A stretch of DNA of 40,234 nt, taken from positions 1 through 40,234 of IMG/VR virus record IMGVR_UViG_3300036856_000063. One strand, 5' to 3'. Below are positions 15,738 through 23,160 of this stretch, piece by piece. The stretch's first letter is position 1. The number at the start of each line of letters is the position of its first letter. The notes beneath the pieces were generated by a model. It was not told where the DNA came from and did not search any database. It saw only the letters and a list, made by a program, of their open reading frames with translations. A program made the translations under genes and the position numbers. The DNA comes from a virus. Taxonomy: Duplodnaviria; Caudoviricetes.

Positions 15738-18115
15738 TGTCTGAACAGTTTTCAAACCACGGTGGCACGACGCTAGCTGCGGCCATTACTTCGACTACCA
15801 GGCCGGTTACGTTCACTGTCGCCTCGGCCGCCAACCTGCCTACGCTGGCCAGTTTTCGGGTCATCATCGATGCCGAGATTTTGCTGGTTATAGCCATTAG
15901 CGGCACTTCGCTGACCGGCTCGAACGCAGAAGGGACGACGGCAGCCGTTCATGCCTCCGGCGCAGCGGTCACGCATGTTTTGACGGCTGGGGCGCTGCTT
16001 CAGGCAGAGACGGACGCGGGGAATACACTACTCCAAAGCGGAGGCACGTTTGTAAACGAGGTCACTTTCAACGGCCCGCTGGCCTCACAAGATACTTTGA
16101 CTGTAAACGGTCCTAGTACCTTTGTCAGCCCTGCCACCTTTACCGGCAGTGTTACGTTCTCACCTGGCGGCAATTACCTCACTAGTTTAGGTAACGCTTT
16201 CTATTCATCTCTGACGATGGTGCAGTTGCAGCCACCGTTTATTGAGTCTGTTGTAGCAAACGGAACGACGGGTAGTACCGCTTACACGTATCTAGTTTGT
16301 GCAGTTGCCCAAGACGGCACCAAAACAGATACGAGCAGCTCCCTGCCGAACGGTCAGATTACCAACGGCAATGCGACTTTAAGCTCCTCCAACTTCAATG
16401 TAATCAGCTGGGATCCTGTCGACAATGCTGCTTCTTACAACATCTATCGCGCGGTTGGAGGCAGTAACCAGGGCCAGATAGGCAACACGACCAGCGTCAC
16501 CTTTACTGATACCGGGATTTCCGCCCAACCCGAATCTTTCAACCCTATCCCAACTGTCAATGCGACAGGAGCGGCTGCCTTTCTAGGACCAGTTCAATTT
16601 TCTTCTTACATCAACTTGCTTTCAGGTGTAGGAGTTAATTTCACAACCAGCCATGCTTCTGGTTACTATGAGTACCGCTTCATCCCAGTTCCCGGAGCGG
16701 CCCACGCGAGTGATACGTGGTGTTTGCAATACAATACCCGCACCGTCGGTCCTTTGGGTACCGATAACTGGTTAAACGCCTTCACTGTCCTCGCGCTCAC
16801 CGGTGCGGTGACTTTCGCTAGTCCGGTGACTTTCAGCAACCCAATAACTATCAGCGGAGGGGTTACTTTCAGTGATCAGGCCGGCGCTCGGACCGCCCTA
16901 GGCCTCGGGGCGGCAGCAGTGAGCAGTGTCGGGAACTTGACCGAAGCAACCTCAGCGGTCTTGACGATTACTGGGGGGACGGGCGCCATCCTTGGTTCCG
17001 GGCTCACGGTTCAGGTGAAGCAAGCATCAGCGAGCCAGGGTGGGTATCTGTCGAACAATGATTGGACGACATTCAACTCGAAGCAGGCGGCTTTGACGTT
17101 CCCTTTAAGCATTGGAAATGGAGGCACCGGACAGTTGAGCGCCACGGCTGCGTTGTTTGCTCTTGGTGGAGCTTCTCTCACAGCCAACAACACGTTCAGC
17201 GGGACGAATGTATTTCCCACGATCAAAGTCACCACCAATGGAGCGTCAACGTTTAACATCCTGGGCAGTGGCTCGTCAGGCGATCTCAACATGAGCCCTG
17301 GGGTGTTTGGGACCGACCCTCGCATTTACATCGGAGGTTCTACGGCCACTCCGGCCAGTGTAATAGTTCTTGACTCTGATGAAACCCTGTTACGGAACAC
17401 GGCAGGAACAACCAACTTCGCGACTTTTCAGGCGACAGGTTTACAGATCAATGTTCCGGTATCGCAGGGCACCGCTAGCTTTTCCGGTGTGGCTACTTTT
17501 ACTGCCGGTAGCAACGCCCTAGCAGCCTCGATCACCGGCGGTGGCTCGGCAAGTGGCCTGAACCTGGAGAGCGGTGTGCATGGTACTGATGCGCGCATTT
17601 TCATCGGTGGCACGACCAACGGCAGCCCTGGGATTTTCATTGATTCTCCAGGACATACTTATATTCGTAACTTAACTGGCACTACCATTGCTGATTTCAG
17701 TGTTGCGAGTATTTCGCTCAACGAGCCAGTCCTAGGCGGGATGGGTGGTTGGCAGACCTGGACCCCTAGCTTAACAGCAGCGGGTTCAATGTCATTGAGT
17801 AGCATTACGTACGCAACAACCCAGTACCTGCGTATTGGACCGCTGGTCATGTTCGAACTAGAGTTCACGGTGACTCTCGGAGGGGCTATCAGTGCTTTTG
17901 TTTTCGCATCCGCTCCGCTTAGTTGTGTGGACGGTAATCCTCATGTACTGGCCTGCCAGTCGGTAATTCCGGGTGGGTCGGTTTTCAACCCATCTACTGG
18001 CTGGATTCAAGCAGGCACGTTTGTTTTCGCAAATCCAACTTTCAATTCAACGTCACCAAACTTTGTAGCGGGAGTGTGGCAATTCCGATTGTCAGGCACT
18101 TACCGTGTTGCGTAA
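15737..18115 (+). CDS. Fibre/adhesin protein (792 aa)
   Basis: G/S/T-rich beta sequence; FN3-like WDPVDNAASYNIYR; internal repeat (GTDPRIYIGG / GTDARIFIGG, 91 aa apart); C-terminal WTPSLT...YLRIGPLV; visibly more AT-rich than its neighbours. Confidence 0.75.
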   Translation: MSEQFSNHGGTTLAAAITSTTRPVTFTVASAANLPTLASFRVIIDAEILLVIAISGTSLTGSNAEGTTAAVHASGAAVTHVLTAGALLQAETDAGNTLLQSGGTFVNEVTFNGPLASQDTLTVNGPSTFVSPATFTGSVTFSPGGNYLTSLGNAFYSSLTMVQLQPPFIESVVANGTTGSTAYTYLVCAVAQDGTKTDTSSSLPNGQITNGNATLSSSNFNVISWDPVDNAASYNIYRAVGGSNQGQIGNTTSVTFTDTGISAQPESFNPIPTVNATGAAAFLGPVQFSSYINLLSGVGVNFTTSHASGYYEYRFIPVPGAAHASDTWCLQYNTRTVGPLGTDNWLNAFTVLALTGAVTFASPVTFSNPITISGGVTFSDQAGARTALGLGAAAVSSVGNLTEATSAVLTITGGTGAILGSGLTVQVKQASASQGGYLSNNDWTTFNSKQAALTFPLSIGNGGTGQLSATAALFALGGASLTANNTFSGTNVFPTIKVTTNGASTFNILGSGSSGDLNMSPGVFGTDPRIYIGGSTATPASVIVLDSDETLLRNTAGTTNFATFQATGLQINVPVSQGTASFSGVATFTAGSNALAASITGGGSASGLNLESGVHGTDARIFIGGTTNGSPGIFIDSPGHTYIRNLTGTTIADFSVASISLNEPVLGGMGGWQTWTPSLTAAGSMSLSSITYATTQYLRIGPLVMFELEFTVTLGGAISAFVFASAPLSCVDGNPHVLACQSVIPGGSVFNPSTGWIQAGTFVFANPTFNSTSPNFVAGVWQFRLSGTYRVA

Positions 18116-18124
18116 GGAATTTCT

Positions 18125-18493
18125 ATGGCAAGCACACGAGCACAACAAGCACAACTCATCAGCAATCAAACATTCATTCAACAGGTCATGGGAAGTCTAC
18201 TGGCTGCGGCAGCGCTGATCCTCAACGAGGGTGATTCTGTCACGAATCACGCCAATCGCCTGGCCTGGGCGAATGCGATCTACACGAACCCGTTAGAACA
18301 AACCATGTTTTTCATTCCAGGCGTGCTCACAAACGCGACGATTTCTGGCGAAGCAGGCAATGCAGCAGGCGCCAGCGGTACACCCTGTGCGGATTCGGAC
18401 ATTGATTTCGTGGTCTCCTCGTTGTGGAACAACTATGCAAATCAGTATGTCGCGCAGACCAATATCGGCGTGGCTCTGCAGCTAGGCAGCTAG
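18125..18493 (+). CDS. Hypothetical protein (possible fibre chaperone)
   Basis: AAGGA RBS; directly follows the fibre gene. Confidence 0.6.
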   Translation: MASTRAQQAQLISNQTFIQQVMGSLLAAAALILNEGDSVTNHANRLAWANAIYTNPLEQTMFFIPGVLTNATISGEAGNAAGASGTPCADSDIDFVVSSLWNNYANQYVAQTNIGVALQLGS

Positions 18494-18500
18494 GACCTTT

Positions 18501-18749
18501 ATGGCTCAACCCAATTCAATCACCATAACTTTCGATGTTGACGGAAAGGTAACTACCCTGGAACTGACCAAGCCGGCGATCGGGGTGTTCGAAGAGCAGC
18601 GGTTATCGCAGCGCCAGCCTTCTAACAGCGACGTCGAGCTAGGAGCTCCCCTGGATGCAGATATCGGGGCCATGCTCAAGCGCATGATGCTCGATACCTG
18701 CGCGCAGTTGATGATTCGACCGATGCTGCTTTCTAAAAACGGAGGCTGA
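18501..18749 (+). CDS. Hypothetical protein
   Basis: AGGA RBS and ATG; operon packing. Confidence 0.55.
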   Translation: MAQPNSITITFDVDGKVTTLELTKPAIGVFEEQRLSQRQPSNSDVELGAPLDADIGAMLKRMMLDTCAQLMIRPMLLSKNGG

Positions 18750-18756
18750 GTAGGCT

Positions 18757-19266
18757 TTGTTCACCTCCAAACTAGGGAGCGCGCAAAGCAACCTTGCCAA
18801 CATCGAGTTTGCTTTCCTTGGCGGTCAGCAGCCGCCCCAGCTCATCAGCTTTTCCGCCAGCCTTATGAATTTTGCCGGCAGTGTTCTCAAACAGGACAAT
18901 AAGATGCAGATGGCCTCGATGGCCACCTTTGCCGGAAGCTTGAGCCGCTCGACCATTGTGCTGCTGGCGGCTTCGCTGCATGTTTTTTTGGCCTCGGTCC
19001 AGCGGGGACGCTGGCTGGCAGCCTCGCTGGCGGCGTTTACCGCGGTGTTGGTGCGCGGGCGGGGGCAGCTGTTTGTGGCGTCGATGGCCACCTTTGCCGC
19101 GACAACCACACGCACGAGTTTCATCGTGGTCCTGGCGAGTATGACCCGTTTTTCGGCCGTGTTGAATGCGGTTCACGGCACCGTAATCAAAAACCTGAGC
19201 GCTTCGATGGCCAGCCTGACGGGCGGTATCAGCAAACGGATCGGGAAGTTTTTCAACGCCAGTTAA
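18757..19266 (+). CDS. Repeat-rich virion protein (AS-M/L-xx-F repeats)
   Basis: About eight degenerate repeats (ASLMNFAG, ASMATFAG, ASLHVFLA, ASLAAFTA, ASMATFAA, ASMTRFSA...). Confidence 0.6.
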   Translation: MFTSKLGSAQSNLANIEFAFLGGQQPPQLISFSASLMNFAGSVLKQDNKMQMASMATFAGSLSRSTIVLLAASLHVFLASVQRGRWLAASLAAFTAVLVRGRGQLFVASMATFAATTTRTSFIVVLASMTRFSAVLNAVHGTVIKNLSASMASLTGGISKRIGKFFNAS

Positions 19267-19290
19267 TCGTTCGCTCCCCACAAATTCAAT

Positions 19291-19506
19291 ATGAACTTTG
19301 CCGGAGGTTTCTCCGCTGCGGTCTTGGGACGCCGGCCCGGCCGGGTGCTCTCTTACAAAAGTGCCATCGGGGTTACGCTCACCGCAGCGCGCGAGCTCGG
19401 CAGCGCGACACCGGTTAAGTCCAGGCAGAACGGCGGGGCACTGCTTACCGTATCCGCGACGGCCGCCGCCACTACCTCTGTGCGCCCCGTTGGAGGCACC
19501 CGATGA
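19291..19506 (+). CDS. Hypothetical protein, in-frame continuation of 18757-19266
   Basis: Same frame as the upstream ORF, separated by TAA plus 8 sense codons; starts MNFAGG like the repeats; ATGA overlap with the next gene. Confidence 0.5.
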   Translation: MNFAGGFSAAVLGRRPGRVLSYKSAIGVTLTAARELGSATPVKSRQNGGALLTVSATAAATTSVRPVGGTR

Positions 19507-20372
19507 TCTACGAAACCGGCGACCTGGTGCGCCTCTCGGTCACATTCGCGGACCTGACCAATCAGCCCGCCGATCCCTCCACCGTCACGCTCGCGATTAC
19601 GGCGCCGGACGGCTCGACCCAGAACTACACGACTTCGGAGATTACGCGGGACGGAACCGGCGTCTACCACTTCGATCTCTCGACCACCCTCGCCGGCACC
19701 TACACGTATCGCTGGACCGGCACCGGAGCGGTCTCCGCCGTCCAGGAAGGCTCGGTCCCGGTGGCCGCCTCGATCCTCAGCACGGCGCGGCCGAATGCGG
19801 GTATCGATTTATGCCAGTTGGCCGATGTGAAAGCCTACATCGGCATTGCGCCGACAGCTACGGCCGACGATGCGCTGCTTGCGAGCCTGATTACGGGAGC
19901 CAGCCAATACTGGCTGACGCGCACCTGCCGCGGCTCGCTCAGTTCGATTCAGAACTATACGGAACGCTACGACGGCACCGGCCGCGATGAGCTCCTGCTC
20001 AATTATTTTCCAGTCACCGCCGTGCTCTCTTTGCAGATCAATGGCAACCCGATCTCACAAAGCACCGATTACTTCCAAAGCGGCTGGGTCCTCAACGCCC
20101 AGGGGACCGGCGTCGTGCTGCTCGGCAGCCGTTGGTTTTGGCGCGGCCGTTTGAACATTCTCGTCAACTACCAGGCGGGTTATTCCGAAGTGCCGCTCGA
20201 CGTGGAGGAAGCCGTGCGGAAACAAGTAGCGGTGAATTACAAGCGCAAGTCGGTCACCGATGAAGCCTCCATTGCCCTGCCCCAGGGCGGCGGCACAACC
20301 AGCTTTAGAAGCTGGTCGATTCCACCCGAAGTCGAAGATGTGATCGAGCGCTACCGCCGCCTGACCCCATGA
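19503..20372 (+). CDS. Head-tail adaptor (HK97 gp6/SPP1 gp15-like) with N-terminal Ig-like domain
   Basis: LADVKAYIGI...DDALLASLITGAS, YQAGYSEVPLDVEEAV, IPPEVEDVIERYRR; N-terminal 90 aa beta-rich (VTLAITAPDG, GVYHFD, GTYTYRW). Confidence 0.75.
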   Translation: MIYETGDLVRLSVTFADLTNQPADPSTVTLAITAPDGSTQNYTTSEITRDGTGVYHFDLSTTLAGTYTYRWTGTGAVSAVQEGSVPVAASILSTARPNAGIDLCQLADVKAYIGIAPTATADDALLASLITGASQYWLTRTCRGSLSSIQNYTERYDGTGRDELLLNYFPVTAVLSLQINGNPISQSTDYFQSGWVLNAQGTGVVLLGSRWFWRGRLNILVNYQAGYSEVPLDVEEAVRKQVAVNYKRKSVTDEASIALPQGGGTTSFRSWSIPPEVEDVIERYRRLTP

Positions 20373-20863
20373 TTACCTTCACCATCACCGGCGACGGCGA
20401 GCAGCTCGCCCGCTTGAGCATCCTGCGCAGCCAGTTGTTTGGCGCGCTCGAACGCAAGATCAATCTGCTCAATACCCGCCTGCAGCAGCGCATCCAGACC
20501 CAGAAGCTCTCCGGGCAAGTGTTGCAGCAGCGCTCGGGCAAGCTGAAACGCTCGATTGAAGTCATTCCCGCCACGATCGATGAAGCCTCCGGCGTAGTCT
20601 CGGGCAGCGTGGAGGGCGCGGGCGGACCCGCTTTCTACGGACGCTTTCATGAGTTCGGCACCAGCAAATCCTACGTCATCGTCCCGGTCAATAAGCAGGC
20701 GCTGTCCTTCCTGATGGGCAACCGCCGGGTGACGGTAAAGAGCGTACTCCATCCGCCGATCAAGGAAAGATCGTTCATGCGATCTGCGCAAGCCGAAATG
20801 AAAGAAGAGTTTATCGCCGGAATGCAAGAGACGGTCAACCAGCTGCTTTCCGCTAAGCCATGA
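20369..20863 (+). CDS. Neck/tail completion protein (HK97 gp10-like)
   Basis: RSGKLKRSI, YGRFHEFGT, ERSFMRSA motifs; position. Confidence 0.7.
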   Translation: MITFTITGDGEQLARLSILRSQLFGALERKINLLNTRLQQRIQTQKLSGQVLQQRSGKLKRSIEVIPATIDEASGVVSGSVEGAGGPAFYGRFHEFGTSKSYVIVPVNKQALSFLMGNRRVTVKSVLHPPIKERSFMRSAQAEMKEEFIAGMQETVNQLLSAKP

Positions 20864-21312
20864 ACGTCACGCGGGAGTCCATCTTCGAAGCGCTGCTTAC
20901 GCAGCTCGCGACGGCGCAGATCGCCGGGAGCGCTGCGTTCGTGACACTGTCGCGCAAATTCGAGCAGTGGGATGCGGTCCCAGGCGTCAATCAACCGGCC
21001 GCCTACCTGGTGAAGGGGTTTGAGCACTCGTCGCAAGGCACCTACGGCGAAACCAAGTGGCGGCTCAAAGCGCTGCTCTGGGTTTACTGCCAGCATGATC
21101 CCACCTCCGACAGCCCGGGTGCGCAGCTGAACAATGTGCTCGATGCCGTCGAACAGGTGCTGCTGCCGCCGCCCGGCTTCGACCGCCAGACCCTCGGCCT
21201 GCTGGTAGCAAACGTTTACATCGACGGCGAAGTGATTATCAGTGAAGGAAGCTTACCGGAAGATTTGACGAGCGTAGCGGTGCTGCCGATCACGATCGAC
21301 ACGGGCATCTGA
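20860..21312 (+). CDS. Tail terminator protein
   Basis: RESIFEAL, QPAAYL, QTLGLLV; lies just before the tail tube gene. Confidence 0.65.
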   Translation: MNVTRESIFEALLTQLATAQIAGSAAFVTLSRKFEQWDAVPGVNQPAAYLVKGFEHSSQGTYGETKWRLKALLWVYCQHDPTSDSPGAQLNNVLDAVEQVLLPPPGFDRQTLGLLVANVYIDGEVIISEGSLPEDLTSVAVLPITIDTGI

Positions 21313-21350
21313 CGCTATCGAGCGCACTTCAATAGTTCCATTCTAAACAC

Positions 21351-21367
21351 GATATCGCAGCGATATC
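21351..21367. promoter_or_regulatory. Perfect palindrome GATATCGC-A-GCGATATC, candidate operator
   Basis: Intergenic, 22 bp upstream of the tail tube ATG; shares the ATATC-N5-GATAT core with 27221-27235. Confidence 0.4.
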
Positions 21368-21389
21368 AATCTAAGGAGTTCCATCAACA

Positions 21390-22160
21390 ATGTCAGCGTA
21401 TTTGCAATTCGGTAGCGGGAGACTCTACGTCAATCCGAACGCGGGCAATTTAGCCACGAATCCCACGCCCCTGCAGGGGCTCACCATTCAAGACGTCTCG
21501 ATCGATATCAGCGGAGACATCAAGGAACTCAAGGGCGCCAGCCAGTTCCCGGATGACACGGCGGTGGCCGACAAGAAAGGCTCCGGCAAGTTCTCGATCG
21601 GGCGCAAAGATCTGACGATGTTCAACCAGATCTTCTTTGCCGACACGGTAGCGACCGGCGGCACGTCGGTTTCCCCGAATGAAGCCCACAACGTTCCGGC
21701 TTCGACGCCGTTCACTGTCACGGTGACGCCGCCCTCGACCGGAACGTTTGAGACGGACCTGGGTGTGGTCTACCAGGCGACCGGCAAAGAATTGCAGAAA
21801 CTCACGACCGGCACGCCGACCACGGGACAGTACACGGTGTCCGCCGGGGTCTACACCTTCGCCAGCGCCGACACCGGGCTGGCCGTGTTGATCAGCTACT
21901 CCTACACACTCACCGCGACCGGCGCGCTGTATCAGGTGAACAACCAGCTGCTCGGCTACGGCCCGCAGTGCGAGTTCTTTCTGGTCGATCAGTATCAGCC
22001 GGTCTCGGGCGTGTACAACGTCATTCATCTCTACGCCGCCAAAGTGAACAAGATCACCATCGGCAACAAGCGCGCCGATTACTCGATTCCCGAAGTCGAC
22101 TTCATGTTCTTTCAGAGCGCTTCCGGGCGCGTGATCGACATGTATTCCGTCAACGGGTAA
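21390..22160 (+). CDS. Major tail tube protein
   Basis: TAAGGAG RBS; QFGSGRLY, IQDVSIDISGDIKELKG, DYSIPEVDF; position before chaperones and TMP. Confidence 0.75.
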   Translation: MSAYLQFGSGRLYVNPNAGNLATNPTPLQGLTIQDVSIDISGDIKELKGASQFPDDTAVADKKGSGKFSIGRKDLTMFNQIFFADTVATGGTSVSPNEAHNVPASTPFTVTVTPPSTGTFETDLGVVYQATGKELQKLTTGTPTTGQYTVSAGVYTFASADTGLAVLISYSYTLTATGALYQVNNQLLGYGPQCEFFLVDQYQPVSGVYNVIHLYAAKVNKITIGNKRADYSIPEVDFMFFQSASGRVIDMYSVNG

Positions 22161-22179
22161 AACGAGGGAGGTCTTCCGG

Positions 22180-22788
22180 ATGAAGACCCAGCGGATCGCA
22201 ACGGCGGCGGGGAAGCTTCGTCTGGCCCCGCTGACCGTCGATCAAGTAGAAACCCTGCTGAACGACGACGCGGCTGACCAGCGCTGGACGCCGATCGTGC
22301 AGTCGCTGGCGAATGCCGGCACTGCGATCGATCTGGCCGCGCTGAAGCAGGCCATCGATTTCGAGGAGTACCGCGCGCTCTACGAAGCCGTGCTCACGGT
22401 GAGCGGACTCAAGCAGGCGGAGGCGGCCGACGGCCCGCCAGTCGATTTCGATTATCTGCGCAGCCGGCTGGTCGCAAATTTAGGCTGGACCTTTGCCGAC
22501 TGTGCCCGGGCGCCGTTTCCCAGCGTGCTCGCGTTGTTCGAGTACTGGGAAGAGTGTCCGCCAGTGGCCTGGCTGGTGCAGGCCTTCGTCGGCTATAAGC
22601 CGCCCGCGCGCGCGCGACGGCAGCACGGCGAAAGCACCACCAACGGCGATTCCAGCTTCGCAGAAAAAACGCTCTTTGTCGGCATGTGGGGCGGCCAGGT
22701 GAAGTCCGGCGATCATCTGCCGCTCGCCCTGCAGGCAGCGTTGGCGCGCGATATGAAAAAGGAGAATGGCGGCTCGAGCCGCAACTAA
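22180..22788 (+). CDS. Tail assembly chaperone, gpG+gpT-like in-frame fusion
   Basis: First 90 aa paralogous to the 22797 ORF; then FDYLRSRLVANLGWT...LFEYWEECPP, a gpT-like helical segment; GGAGG RBS. Confidence 0.65.
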   Translation: MKTQRIATAAGKLRLAPLTVDQVETLLNDDAADQRWTPIVQSLANAGTAIDLAALKQAIDFEEYRALYEAVLTVSGLKQAEAADGPPVDFDYLRSRLVANLGWTFADCARAPFPSVLALFEYWEECPPVAWLVQAFVGYKPPARARRQHGESTTNGDSSFAEKTLFVGMWGGQVKSGDHLPLALQAALARDMKKENGGSSRN

Positions 22789-22796
22789 AAAAGCTT

Positions 22797-23135
22797 ATGC
22801 GAAACGGAACATCTAAAAAAATCAAAGACGTGGAGATCGACGGCGTTGTTTTTCGCCTGGCTCCGCTCAACATGGCGCAGATCGAAGAAATCATCGAGGC
22901 CGAGCCGACCGAAGAGGTGAGCGCAGGCCTGCGCGGCGGCCGGGACCGGATCTGGGGCACGATCATGGCCTCCTTGACGAATGCCGGAGAAACGATGACG
23001 CTCCAGGAAGTGAAAAGCTCGCTCGATTTAGACGGCTATCTGCAACTGCACCGCGCCGTGCTCGAAGTGAGTGGCCTGCGCACGCAGGCGCCACCACCAG
23101 AGTTTTCCGCAGCGGCCGCGAGCGCGGTCCAGTAA
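22797..23135 (+). CDS. Tail assembly chaperone, gpG-like
   Basis: VEIDGVVFRLAPLN...WGTIMASLTNAG...YLQLHRAVLEVSGL; ATG at 22797; directly before TMP. Confidence 0.65.
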   Translation: MRNGTSKKIKDVEIDGVVFRLAPLNMAQIEEIIEAEPTEEVSAGLRGGRDRIWGTIMASLTNAGETMTLQEVKSSLDLDGYLQLHRAVLEVSGLRTQAPPPEFSAAAASAVQ

Positions 23136-23160
23136 CGACAGCTAACTATTTTCTGACTGT

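Noticed and set aside
22753-22793. -1 frameshift sites (GAAAAAG at 22755, AAAAAAG at 22787) joining the two chaperone ORFs
   Set aside because: The first is not a canonical X XXY YYZ heptamer, the second overlaps the TAA stop, and the product would be an odd G-T-G fusion. Not fully excluded.
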